Below, piece by piece: positions 1-8,106 of a DNA stretch of 24,340 bases. The number at the start of each line of letters is the position of its first letter. The stretch's first letter is position 1. The DNA lies in IMG/VR virus record IMGVR_UViG_3300047290_000197, positions 1 to 24,340 of that record. One strand, written 5' to 3'. Position numbers and translations under genes: made by a program. This DNA is from a virus (Duplodnaviria; Caudoviricetes). A model generated the notes under the pieces. It made no database searches. It saw nothing but the letters and a program-made list of their open reading frames with translations, and was not told the origin of the DNA.

Positions 1-151
1 AACTCCAACCTGTGGCATCGGGTTTGACGCCTCCGCGTTGGCGACGATCCGCGCTTTCACCATTATGAACACAACATGGTGCGTTCACGCTGATCCAGCC
101 CGAACTGGTGGTCTTGCGACGTGCGGGGAGATAGGCGGTGATATCAAGCAT
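1..151 (-). CDS. DNA primase, N-terminal Zn-binding part (runs off the left edge)
   Basis: Not in the ORF track. Manual translation from ATG at 151 gives MLDITAYLPARRKTTSSGWISVNAPCCVHNGESADRRQRGGVKPDATGWS, which resembles the start of the Zn ribbon of T4-like primases. It has its own sigma70 promoter and sits in a replication gene context. Confidence 0.7.
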   Translation of the reverse strand, partial: MLDITAYLPARRKTTSSGWISVNAPCCVHNGESADRRQRGGVKPDATGWS

Positions 152-156
152 GCCCT

Positions 157-185
157 AGTTTAGCATGCTGACACCCAGCTGTCAA
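157..185 (-). promoter_or_regulatory. sigma70-type promoter for the primase gene (probably leaderless)
   Basis: TTGACA (185-180), 17-nt spacer, TAAACT (162-157). The ATG is only 5 nt further on and there is no SD. Confidence 0.7.
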
Positions 186-1264
186 CGATACTGGAGATTA
201 GTGATGTCGCCGGTGGTGATCAGAACTGTGGCTCTTTGGGTACCTTGATACTGCACGGGCGTGTAACCGCTGCCCCCGCTGACCAGAGTTATTCCAGTCA
301 CGATACCCGCAGGGTTGACCTGGGCCACTGCTTCGGCACCAGCACCGTTGCCCAGGATCTGTACTTTGGGCGCGGCCAAATAGCCCTGCCCAGCATTGTT
401 GATGGTGATGCCCGTGACCACCCCGTCTGTGTTCACGTTGGCAGTGGCGCTGGCACCATAGCCCTGGCTGTTGTTGAAGCAGGCCCGCAACAGGGGATGG
501 AAGCCTATCACATTGAAGTGTCGAGTGCTGGTTTCATCAAAAAAGTCATAGTTTTCGCTCACGTCATACCATACCGCTTCATAATCCTGGGCAGCTTGGA
601 ATTTGATGGTGCCGGTGTAGTGATTGAGATCCATCTTGATCGTGGTAATGGCTTGGCCGTTGGTCACGATGTGGCTGCTGAAAAATTCGGTCAGCTGTGT
701 GGTGTTTACGGGCTGGGGCTGCAGAGCCCAATCGGGCCAGTTGGTAGGACCGGGCTGTACCTGTTGGGCCTTGCCGTACACCGTGGGTATGGTCAACTCA
801 TGCGATGGTATGAATGTGGGTTGTACAGAGTCCACGATGTTGGCATCACCTCGAGCCTGGCTGTTGGCGTTGACGTACACGGCCTGCACGTAATCACCCG
901 CTGTGCGTTCGATGCTGTAGCTGGCGGGCTGGCTCACTATCTCAATGGTGTCTGCGCTGGTCAGCACCACTTTGGCTCGCCCTGTGCTGGCGCTCAATAT
1001 CTGCAGGGGTTTTTCCAGCAGTAGAGCACCGCCCGCTTGGTCTATGAGGCGAAACACAAAAGTACTGCCAGTGATATTGACAGGCTTTTGATCTTGGTTG
1101 ATGAATTCAAAGAGTAGGACATTGTCCACACCCTTGTTGATAGTTAGGCTTTTGGCGTACACGGGGCTGTACCTTAGAGTGAAATAGCCACCGCTGGTAT
1201 CTACCAGTAGCACTCGAGTGATCTGCTGGTAAACATACATGGTGGTTGAGTAATTTTGGAACAT
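182..1264 (-). CDS. Putative virion structural protein (baseplate/tail-associated)
   Basis: 360 aa, rich in beta-forming and T/V/G residues. The N-terminal NKGVDNVLLFEFINQDQKPVNITG resembles BppU-like adaptor domains. Two C-terminal repeats (VTGITINNAGQGY, VTGITLVSGGSGY) are typical of T4-like virion proteins. A late-type TAAATA lies upstream. Confidence 0.6.
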   Translation of the reverse strand: MFQNYSTTMYVYQQITRVLLVDTSGGYFTLRYSPVYAKSLTINKGVDNVLLFEFINQDQKPVNITGSTFVFRLIDQAGGALLLEKPLQILSASTGRAKVVLTSADTIEIVSQPASYSIERTAGDYVQAVYVNANSQARGDANIVDSVQPTFIPSHELTIPTVYGKAQQVQPGPTNWPDWALQPQPVNTTQLTEFFSSHIVTNGQAITTIKMDLNHYTGTIKFQAAQDYEAVWYDVSENYDFFDETSTRHFNVIGFHPLLRACFNNSQGYGASATANVNTDGVVTGITINNAGQGYLAAPKVQILGNGAGAEAVAQVNPAGIVTGITLVSGGSGYTPVQYQGTQRATVLITTGDITNLQYR

Positions 1265-1268
1265 GGAG

Positions 1269-1314
1269 TATTTATGGCCATTTCATAGCTGCGACCGCGT
1301 GTTTGGCGTAAATA
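1269..1314. promoter_or_regulatory. Divergent pair of T4-late-like TAAATA promoters
   Basis: Minus-strand TAAATA at 1274-1269 is 4 nt before ATG 1264. Plus-strand TAAATA at 1309-1314 is 8 nt before ATG 1323. Confidence 0.65.
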
Positions 1315-1322
1315 CCAAACCT

Positions 1323-1700
1323 ATGACTTCAGCACTGTTTGATCAGATCACAGAAAAATATCCCTTTATCAGCCTTTGTATCTACGCGGATGCTGAGTAT
1401 GTGGGCATCATCCAAAATCGAGATGACGCGGTCACTACCATCTACGATTTTGGCGCCATACTGGATCAAGTGCAGAAACGCCGTTATCTGTATCTGGCCA
1501 ATCAATGGTGGTGGGAAAGCAATCGCAGTATCCCCATCAACATTTTTTTACGCACCGACTGGGAACCGTTCCGCTACACCCTCAAGACCTTCAGCAACAA
1601 GGATCTGACCATAGTGCATGGCCCCGTTTGCAGCCTCACAGACATCATCAAAAAGAAAAGCAAACGCCGCAGTATCACGCTGGTGCGCAAGCTGGACTAG
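1323..1700 (+). CDS. Hypothetical phage protein (125 aa, basic C-terminus)
   Basis: ORF 1263..1700 with the start moved to ATG 1323 (MTSALFDQITEKYPF), just after TAAATA. Contains QWWWESNRSIPINIF and a KKKSKRR tail. Function unknown. Confidence 0.75.
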   Translation: MTSALFDQITEKYPFISLCIYADAEYVGIIQNRDDAVTTIYDFGAILDQVQKRRYLYLANQWWWESNRSIPINIFLRTDWEPFRYTLKTFSNKDLTIVHGPVCSLTDIIKKKSKRRSITLVRKLD

Positions 1701-2244
1701 ACAAGATGTTCATGTGCAAGGCCACTAGAGCAGCATAGCTGACAGCATGCGCCTTCTTGAATGTGTAACCGCGGCTGCCGTCCCCATCCCAAACTGATTC
1801 AAACACTTGATCCCAGGGCTGGCCCTGTAAATGAGCCTTGCCCGGACGGATGATGGAGATAAATGCGGCCATGCGTGGTATACTATCGGGCCGCATCTGT
1901 TGCAAGAGGCCGGTATAGTTGCCCACGTGCACCAACTGTGATGCCCATTGGGAATCTTGCCACAAGCGAGACCACGGGGGTGTCTGATCCAGTAGATCCC
2001 CATAGTGTTGACTGTCCCGAATGTGCTGATACACCGTGACGTTCAGCAGATCGATCTTGAAATAACCCCGCTGTTCAGCTTCTTGATAGTCCAGTGCTGC
2101 ACAGCCCAGCAGGGGATCTGTGGGTATGTCTGTGACGTAGATGCCCGAATTGTGCCGGCGGTCGCCCTGGCGTGCGGGCACATGGTTGATCAAGGCCAGT
2201 ATCTTGTGCCTGTCTGGCACATCTATGTCTATGTCCGCGCTCAT
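1675..2244 (-). CDS. Miniature DNA polymerase III alpha (DnaE)-like protein, palm/finger core only
   Basis: DnaE motifs occur in order: DIDID, HNSGIYV, GYFKIDLLNV, IIRPG, GYTFKKAHAVSY. Start set at ATG 2244, which overlaps the upstream stop (TAATG). 189 aa. Confidence 0.85.
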   Translation of the reverse strand: MSADIDIDVPDRHKILALINHVPARQGDRRHNSGIYVTDIPTDPLLGCAALDYQEAEQRGYFKIDLLNVTVYQHIRDSQHYGDLLDQTPPWSRLWQDSQWASQLVHVGNYTGLLQQMRPDSIPRMAAFISIIRPGKAHLQGQPWDQVFESVWDGDGSRGYTFKKAHAVSYAALVALHMNILSSPACAPA

Positions 2245-2918
2245 TACCAACCCGTTTTTGTCATGACTTCTTCGCAGTAGATCTGATCCGATCGATAGCG
2301 CTCAAATTTCTGCTGCCAATAGTCAGTGTCTATGTAGGGCCAAATCATGGTGACCTGTGTGGGATCCAGACTGGCCAGGAATCTTCTCCCGGACTCACTG
2401 TTATAGATTATCCAGGCGCTGATCTTGCCAGTCACTATGGCGTGGCAGATAGCATTGGCATAGCCATAGCGCAGACAATCATGGGCCGCGGCCTGGTTCG
2501 ATTCGGCCCATGACATGCTGTATTCAGCTGCGCGGGCCAGAGCATCTTCCACGCTTTCGTTTTGCAAGTACCAGACCAGGTAATCATTGTATTGTGTGTC
2601 CGTGGCCCAGCGATCGATCTTGCGATTGTTTTTGAGCAGCCACTCCAGGAACTGGCTGGGGTTTAGCACCCTAGTGCTCACACAGTAATTGCCCCATTTC
2701 ACGAAAGCCCTGTAGTAGGCACTATCGCAAAAGTCCTCATAGGTCTTGGTACGAGCCGACCCCTGGGTGATCTCGTAGAATCTCACATAGGCCTGAAAGG
2801 CCAACTGCACGGGTCGTTCGTTGCGTGCCAGGCGGCGTCGCTTGGGCTCACACATGTGCACGGCCACGGTACTTTCACGGCTGAAAGTCCTGCCGCAAAA
2901 TTCGCAATCAAATGGCAT
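2244..2918 (-). CDS. Hypothetical protein with N-terminal C2H2/C2HC-type zinc finger
   Basis: CEFCGRTFSRESTVAVHMC (C-x2-C-x12-H-x-C) followed by a helical, aromatic-rich domain. Tightly packed in the operon. Confidence 0.7.
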   Translation of the reverse strand: MPFDCEFCGRTFSRESTVAVHMCEPKRRRLARNERPVQLAFQAYVRFYEITQGSARTKTYEDFCDSAYYRAFVKWGNYCVSTRVLNPSQFLEWLLKNNRKIDRWATDTQYNDYLVWYLQNESVEDALARAAEYSMSWAESNQAAAHDCLRYGYANAICHAIVTGKISAWIIYNSESGRRFLASLDPTQVTMIWPYIDTDYWQQKFERYRSDQIYCEEVMTKTGW

Positions 2919-2921
2919 GGG

Positions 2922-3362
2922 TCAACGCTCACCCAATTGGGACAAATAGTTTTTGACATCCTGGGGAGAATTGATCTTGGCCATGAGATCGATCTCATCG
3001 TCATTGAGATGGGGATACAGTTCCGCTATGGCCTTGCGGTGTTTGTTGTCACTCTGTTTTTTGCGGGGAGCGATCCACGCATGTCTTTGCACTCCCAAAT
3101 CTGGACTCACAGTAGTGGCCAATAACCATTGCAGTTTTTTGTGTTTGTGTGGTATGGCAAAGAAGTATCGATTGAGTCTTTGATTGGTGGCCAGCACATA
3201 AAATTCTTCCAGCTCTCGGCTGCCTGCCACGGTGCTGCCCCAACGTATCATGAGATAGGGCGCAAATTTTTTCTTGTGTTCTTCCGAAAGACTGTCGTAG
3301 AAATCCCTGTTCTTGGTGTCAAACTGGCGCATCTCATTGCCTATATTGAGGGGATCGCTCAC
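2922..3362 (-). CDS. Probable clamp-loader small subunit (T4 gp62-like)
   Basis: 146 aa with a GTG start. FAPYLMIRWGS...NQRLNRYF...QWLL...WIAP...IAELY resembles the gp62 family pattern. Replication gene context. Confidence 0.5.
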   Translation of the reverse strand: MSDPLNIGNEMRQFDTKNRDFYDSLSEEHKKKFAPYLMIRWGSTVAGSRELEEFYVLATNQRLNRYFFAIPHKHKKLQWLLATTVSPDLGVQRHAWIAPRKKQSDNKHRKAIAELYPHLNDDEIDLMAKINSPQDVKNYLSQLGER

Positions 3363-3363
3363 G

Positions 3364-3864
3364 TTACCATGCCTTTCTATAGTCCACTATCTCGCAGTTG
3401 CGACTGATGTCTTTCACGAAGTATACACAGGCTGGTTGCCAGTCGTCAAGCAAGGGCACGGCCAGCAGCTGACCGTTTTTGAGCTTGGGCGCATACCAAG
3501 TGACCTCGTGATACACATCAAGGATTTCTATATCGGGAAAACTGGGCCTAAAACTGGTCAAAGGATTGAACTCAAATGCCTTGAACCCGCGATCGTTGAT
3601 GCTGGTCAAGGGCAACACTTCAAGATCACCTAGATCTGGTTCCCCGATCAGCACTTGCCAATCCATGGGCATACGAACCACGTGATCGCCTATACGCAAC
3701 ACCAAGGCCGGTGCGGTAAAACTCTCCAGGAATATGAGCGGAATATAGTGATAGTCAGGATTGGCAGGATCTGAGTTGTCCAGGATGGCGAAACGCATGT
3801 CATCCACTTCTTCTGGCAGAGTGTCTAGATCATAGGGCCTGTTGTCAAGTGTGAGTATTTTCAT
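3364..3864 (-). CDS. Hypothetical phage protein (166 aa)
   Basis: Clean ORF with its own consensus promoter, ending 1 nt before the next gene. No recognisable motif. Confidence 0.75.
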   Translation of the reverse strand: MKILTLDNRPYDLDTLPEEVDDMRFAILDNSDPANPDYHYIPLIFLESFTAPALVLRIGDHVVRMPMDWQVLIGEPDLGDLEVLPLTSINDRGFKAFEFNPLTSFRPSFPDIEILDVYHEVTWYAPKLKNGQLLAVPLLDDWQPACVYFVKDISRNCEIVDYRKAW

Positions 3865-3870
3865 ACCACT

Positions 3871-3898
3871 ATTATACAGTGGATTTAGGATTTGTCAA
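3871..3898 (-). promoter_or_regulatory. Consensus sigma70 promoter overlapping the end of uvsW (leaderless)
   Basis: TTGACA (3898-3893), 16-nt spacer, TATAAT (3876-3871). ATG 3864 lies 6 nt downstream, with no SD. Confidence 0.8.
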
Positions 3899-5356
3899 CT
3901 GCCACTCCAACTTTTCCATGCTGAACGGATATTCGGCATCGCGGTAGTAGGTCTTGCGCTTGGCTAGGTGACGTTTGGCGAACTTGCAGGTGCTGGTCAC
4001 ATCCCAGATCTGCACATAATCCTTGTCTTCAGCCTTGCGAATGCCGCGACCAATGCTCTGTATGACCCGCACAAAGCTCTTGCCAGGCTCAACAAGAACC
4101 AGATTGAAAATACGGGGAATGTTGATGCCCACTGCCGCAACACCATAGGTAGCGACAATGATCTTGTCCTGCGTCTCTGCCACTTGGTCATAGTGTTCTT
4201 TCCTGTCTGTGGCCTTGGTCGCGCCCGATATGAATACCGCCCTATCACCCAGGCGCTCGACCAGAGCCTGACCCGCGGCCACACGATCTACCAAGACCAA
4301 GGTATTGCCAGTTTGATTGACCTGGGCGATCAGTTGGGCCATGGTATCCAGCCTACCCGGTTCTTCCAACAGATATTTAAGCTCGCTCTGATAGTTCTTG
4401 AATTCCACGTGATCCACCAACTGCACCACGTTCACGTGGCACTGGGCCAGCACACCCCGATCCTGGAGCTCGGCCGCGGCCAAGCGATGTATCACGGGTC
4501 CAATGCTCACATGCAGCGCCTGATACTCAAACGGCTCTTTGGGTATGGTCCCGGTCAGCCCCCAACGTATGGGTATCTGACTCATCACCCCTGTGAGCAG
4601 CGTTTTGAGAGCGTCCGCCTTGGCCATGTGAACTTCGTCTACCATGACGCAGACCACGCCTTCCAGAAACTCCTGGATGGTACAGTCAGCTTCCCCGTTG
4701 CGGGTGTTTTTCAATAAAATGTTGAGACTCTGCCAGGTGCAGATAGTGTGCTGTCGACCCCATTCTTTACGGTCGCCAAAGTACACGCCCACGTCCAAGC
4801 CCATGTTGATGTAGTCAGCTTCGGTCTGTGTTACCAGGCTCTTGTTGGGCACTATGACCACGCTGCGTCCATAGGCAGTCACACGGTGGCTTAGAGCCGC
4901 GGTCATGATGGTCTTGCCCGCACCGGTTGCCACTTCCTGGAGACATTGGGGGTTGGCCAGGAATCGATTGATGATCTCGATCTGATAGTCGCGCAGCAGG
5001 ATGGGTTGTCCGGCTTGGGGGTGACCTCTAGGCCAAGTACGATCTGAAAAACTGGTCTCAGTTACAGGTTCAAATTCAAAACGAGTGCTGTAGGTTCGTC
5101 GATCATCCACTTCGACATCGTAGTTGTATTTTTCAAGTATGGGCAGTATTTCAGGCAGCAGATTGATGTAGCTGCTACCGCCCATCTGGAAAAAGCTGAC
5201 GCAGCCGTCCCAGCGACCCAATCTCACCGCGGGCAGATAGCGAGCATAGGGTACCTGATATTTGAACTGTTTGACCAAGGCCTTGCGAGCATCGAGATCC
5301 AACCCCAGTATCTTGCAGTTGACTTCGTCCTGAATGGTCACTATCGCGGTGGTCAT
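3872..5356 (-). CDS. uvsW: UvsW-like SF2 DNA helicase
   Basis: Q motif LRDYQ, Walker A ATGAGKT, DEVH, GLTGT and QSIGRGIR, plus the N-terminal RLGRWDG typical of UvsW. Confidence 0.9.
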   Translation of the reverse strand: MTTAIVTIQDEVNCKILGLDLDARKALVKQFKYQVPYARYLPAVRLGRWDGCVSFFQMGGSSYINLLPEILPILEKYNYDVEVDDRRTYSTRFEFEPVTETSFSDRTWPRGHPQAGQPILLRDYQIEIINRFLANPQCLQEVATGAGKTIMTAALSHRVTAYGRSVVIVPNKSLVTQTEADYINMGLDVGVYFGDRKEWGRQHTICTWQSLNILLKNTRNGEADCTIQEFLEGVVCVMVDEVHMAKADALKTLLTGVMSQIPIRWGLTGTIPKEPFEYQALHVSIGPVIHRLAAAELQDRGVLAQCHVNVVQLVDHVEFKNYQSELKYLLEEPGRLDTMAQLIAQVNQTGNTLVLVDRVAAGQALVERLGDRAVFISGATKATDRKEHYDQVAETQDKIIVATYGVAAVGINIPRIFNLVLVEPGKSFVRVIQSIGRGIRKAEDKDYVQIWDVTSTCKFAKRHLAKRKTYYRDAEYPFSMEKLEWQLTNPKSTV

Positions 5357-6474
5357 AGAAATCTCACTAGGTCGGGAAAGGTCTTGGCAAAGTCGACGCC
5401 CCTGTATTGGTCGTGTTTGGACATCATGGTCTGGAATTGACCGAAGTGTTCACTATCATCGTATGATTGTAGCATCAGGGCCCAGGATTTCAAAGCAGAA
5501 TGGCCACTTGTTTCTAACCTTGTCATGATAAACTGCCTAGCATGAGCAGGCCAAACCGTGGGTCGCATGTAAGCAGGATTGTGCACACGCCCCAACCAAG
5601 GTTCTGGCAGTCCCTTGCCAGCACACCATGACATCAACTCGTCTAGATATGCTATGTTGTAGGCGCTGACAGTGACACTGACGCTGAGCCGCAAGTTATC
5701 CAATTGCTGTTGTTTTTCTAGATATTGGTCGATGTGACGTTCTACCTGCTGCCATTGAGCAGGGAATCTGATATACTCAAAACGGTCCCCTACCGCGTCT
5801 AAACTGATCTGCAGGTCGATTTCTTTGAATCCTCTCCATAAGGCCCACCAAGTGGGCTCAGGCCAGATGGTAGCATTGGTAGTGTAGTGCAGAGTCATCT
5901 GCGCATGGCGAGATTGATACAGCGCCAACAATGCCTGCTGTTGATCTACACCGCTTACAAAAGGCTCACCACCGGGAATGTCTAGATGTACAGGGTTGGG
6001 CAAGGATCGAGCGAAGTTCTGCGCAAAATCCTGTTTGTAGAAATGCACAGGTTTGATATCTCGCCCCCATAATGCCAGATATTCATCATGCCAACGACTG
6101 CTGGATTGGGGACCACAAGTTATGCATTTGAGGTTACAAGTGTTGCCGAATGCTATACTAGCGGTGATAAACTGGGGCTGATCTAGATCAATCTCTTGAT
6201 AGTGATCAGCCCAGCGTTCCTGATCCAGCTGCCTTTTGCTTTTGATTCCCGCTGTTTCTTCTATCCTGCAACGATCACAACCACGGGGCCAGAGGCCTTT
6301 GAGGAATTGCTGTTTGATCTCGGCCAAAAACGCACTATCAGTGTATTGGTCTAGGCTAGAATTTGCTATATTGAAGGGTGTGTCATACGTGGCATGTTGG
6401 AATTTACAACAGGGACCAATTTGGCCTTGAGGGGACACATCTAGATTGGTCCAAGGAGCGTAACAAAATGGCAT
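5353..6474 (-). CDS. Radical SAM protein with N-terminal SPASM/twitch-like Cys cluster
   Basis: CNLKCITC (CxxxCxxC), GGEP and YTTNAT motifs, with N-terminal CYAPW...GPCC...GCDRC. Start moved to ATG 6474, just after TAAATA. The longer ORF would run through a terminator. Confidence 0.88.
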   Translation of the reverse strand: MPFCYAPWTNLDVSPQGQIGPCCKFQHATYDTPFNIANSSLDQYTDSAFLAEIKQQFLKGLWPRGCDRCRIEETAGIKSKRQLDQERWADHYQEIDLDQPQFITASIAFGNTCNLKCITCGPQSSSRWHDEYLALWGRDIKPVHFYKQDFAQNFARSLPNPVHLDIPGGEPFVSGVDQQQALLALYQSRHAQMTLHYTTNATIWPEPTWWALWRGFKEIDLQISLDAVGDRFEYIRFPAQWQQVERHIDQYLEKQQQLDNLRLSVSVTVSAYNIAYLDELMSWCAGKGLPEPWLGRVHNPAYMRPTVWPAHARQFIMTRLETSGHSALKSWALMLQSYDDSEHFGQFQTMMSKHDQYRGVDFAKTFPDLVRFL

Positions 6475-6479
6475 GACTC

Positions 6480-6485
6480 TATTTA
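6480..6485 (-). promoter_or_regulatory. T4-late-like TAAATA promoter
   Basis: TAAATA 5 nt upstream of ATG 6474. Confidence 0.6.
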
Positions 6486-6518
6486 CTGATAGCTGACCTC
6501 GAGCCGTAATATAGGGCC

Positions 6519-6549
6519 AAAAAAAAGGGTGCGAGTTGCCTCGCACCCT
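6519..6549 (-). terminator. Rho-independent terminator after the ATPase gene
   Basis: AGGGTGCGAG-GCAA-CTCGCACCCT stem with a GNRA tetraloop, followed by a T run. Confidence 0.9.
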
Positions 6550-6601
6550 CTGAACTACAGATCACCTCGGAGCAAGAAAGGGTGATCTGGTTACTGCTCG
6601 G

Positions 6602-7630
6602 TTAGGCAGCGCTCTTCATGCAAGTGGTCTCGGCCATGCGTTTCCAATTGGCGCTGAAGCTCTTGCGCAGGTCCGCGATCTTGATCGCCATGCGCAGGCT
6701 CATCTCGCGCAGGCGGTTCTGATTCACGCTCATAAACTCCACGATCTCGTCTTGCACACACTGTTCAAAATCGTAGTCCGCGAACAGCACACCATCGTTG
6801 GCGATCTGCTTGATACGCAGGATCTTGTCACGCATGGTGTCAAGCGTGAGGTCCAGGTAGTGGCAGCGCGATTGCAGCGCGTCCAAGTGATCCTTGAGCT
6901 TCTGGCTCTTCATCTTGTCAAACTTGAGGTTGGTGATAAAGATCACCGAGCCCTTGAACTCGAAGCTGTCCGGGATACCTTCGCGGCGCAGGGTGCTGCT
7001 TTCGCTCAGCCAGCTGATGCGACGCTTCTTGCCCGAATCCAGCGCACCTTTCAGCAGGTTCAGAGCCACGTCATCGCACAGGATACTGTCACAGTCATCG
7101 AACACCACCATGCAGTTGGCATCCGAATACTTGTAAAGAGTCTGATACAGGCCGATCGGGGTAGCCGAACCTTTCACTACCTCGGCGCGCAGGCGCTTGC
7201 CGCTCAGCTTGTCAAACAGGGTGGCTTTTTCAACCTCCTGCTCAACGCCAAAGCTCTTGCCCACACCGGGCGGGCCGCTCACGATCATGGCGCGGATGTC
7301 ACCGGTAATACAGGCCTTGGTCATTTCATGCAGGATGTCAAAACGCTCACGGATACGGTTGATCACTTGCTCGTCGGTCTCTTGCACAGCCTCAACCTTG
7401 GTAGTCTGCTCTTGCACTGGACGGCTCTCGCCGTTGCTCACGATCTGGAAATCGTCCATGCTTTCGATGCGCACTCGCACCTCCTCGGGCCAGCCCGGAA
7501 ATTGTCCTTCGTTACGCACAGTCACGAAACTGCCTTTGGCACCCGTGGCAAAGTCCTTGACCAGCGTAAAGGTCTGGTTGCGAACGGGTTGATTGCGATA
7601 CACACCACGGGTGATATTGATCTGGGTCAT
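6602..7630 (-). CDS. AAA+/P-loop ATPase with small N-terminal domain (early gene)
   Basis: Walker A GPPGVGKS, Walker B VVFDDCD, sensor-1 FITN and arginine finger ALQSR. SD AGGAG, with its own promoter and terminator. Confidence 0.85.
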   Translation of the reverse strand: MTQINITRGVYRNQPVRNQTFTLVKDFATGAKGSFVTVRNEGQFPGWPEEVRVRIESMDDFQIVSNGESRPVQEQTTKVEAVQETDEQVINRIRERFDILHEMTKACITGDIRAMIVSGPPGVGKSFGVEQEVEKATLFDKLSGKRLRAEVVKGSATPIGLYQTLYKYSDANCMVVFDDCDSILCDDVALNLLKGALDSGKKRRISWLSESSTLRREGIPDSFEFKGSVIFITNLKFDKMKSQKLKDHLDALQSRCHYLDLTLDTMRDKILRIKQIANDGVLFADYDFEQCVQDEIVEFMSVNQNRLREMSLRMAIKIADLRKSFSANWKRMAETTCMKSAA

Positions 7631-7662
7631 TACTTGCTCCTGTGTTGTTAGTTTATGTGTCT

Positions 7663-7691
7663 ATTATACAGTGGTGCCAATTACAGGTCAA
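7663..7691 (-). promoter_or_regulatory. Early sigma70 promoter
   Basis: TTGACC (7691-7686), 17-nt spacer, TATAAT (7668-7663), then an A/C-rich leader ending in CAGGAGC. Confidence 0.85.
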
Positions 7692-7956
7692 CCACTGCGG
7701 GCATGTCAAGAAACAGGGTGCTGGGCGCAAAATGCATATAAACACGGTCGGCGCTGAGCTCAGCTGCGTGTTTGACTATGGCACTGTGCACAAATTCCGC
7801 AGCATGCTCATGCTCTAGCCCACAGATATCACCAGTAATGAACGCGCTATTGTGCACAGTCACGGGGTGATGCATGTCAAAGGTAAACATGACACGCAGG
7901 GTTTTGAGACGCTGATTTACGACTACTTTGGCAGCAACGGGTTTTTGGCATTGCAT
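7681..7956 (-). CDS. Small hypothetical early protein (91 aa)
   Basis: Start moved to ATG 7956 (MQCQKPV), which follows SD AGGAG and its own promoter. Confidence 0.7.
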   Translation of the reverse strand: MQCQKPVAAKVVVNQRLKTLRVMFTFDMHHPVTVHNSAFITGDICGLEHEHAAEFVHSAIVKHAAELSADRVYMHFAPSTLFLDMPAVVDL

Positions 7957-7986
7957 GCTGCGGCTCCTGTTTGTTAGTATGCCGCT

Positions 7987-8015
7987 ATTATACCATATCA
8001 GCAGAATCCGGTCAA
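7987..8015 (-). promoter_or_regulatory. Early sigma70 promoter
   Basis: TTGACC (8015-8010), 17-nt spacer, TATAAT (7992-7987) with an extended -10 TG. The leader ACTAACAAACAGGAGC closely resembles that of the ATPase gene. Confidence 0.85.
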
Positions 8016-8032
8016 CCAAAAGAGTGATGCGC

Positions 8033-8091
8033 TAAGTCATTGATTTAGCTGAAAAAACAGCAGCCCTGGGGCTGCTGTAAGTGCATGATTT
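8033..8091. promoter_or_regulatory. Two IHF-consensus-like sites flanking a hairpin
   Basis: On the minus strand AATCAATGACTTA (8045-8033) matches WATCAANNNNTTR exactly, and AATCATGCACTTA (8090-8078) has one mismatch. Confidence 0.4.
8052..8078 (-). terminator. Rho-independent terminator after 8107..8355
   Basis: ACAGCAGCC-CCAG-GGCTGCTGT followed by a T run on the minus strand. Confidence 0.75.
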
Positions 8092-8106
8092 ATATGAGTT
8101 TTTTGA

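Noticed and set aside
236-1024. 262-aa plus-strand ORF (similarly 3968..4717, 6752..7651, 15469..16047, 20676..21233 and 22139..22978)
   Set aside because: These are antisense shadows of well-supported minus-strand genes. They have no motifs or expression signals and are explained by codon bias.
1675-2244. dnaE pseudogene
   Set aside because: The ORF is uninterrupted, catalytic motifs are retained, deletions are domain-scale and the start is coupled to the upstream gene. No dnaE remnants are evident in the flanking frames.
6475-6546. N-terminal extension of the radical SAM ORF in the track
   Set aside because: It runs through a terminator hairpin and the TAAATA motif, so ATG 6474 is the better start.
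6602-7630. ATPase as clamp-loader large subunit (gp44)
   Set aside because: It has an extra N-terminal domain, lacks a recognisable RFC-type C-terminal collar and sits in a stand-alone early cassette, so it was left as a generic AAA+ ATPase.
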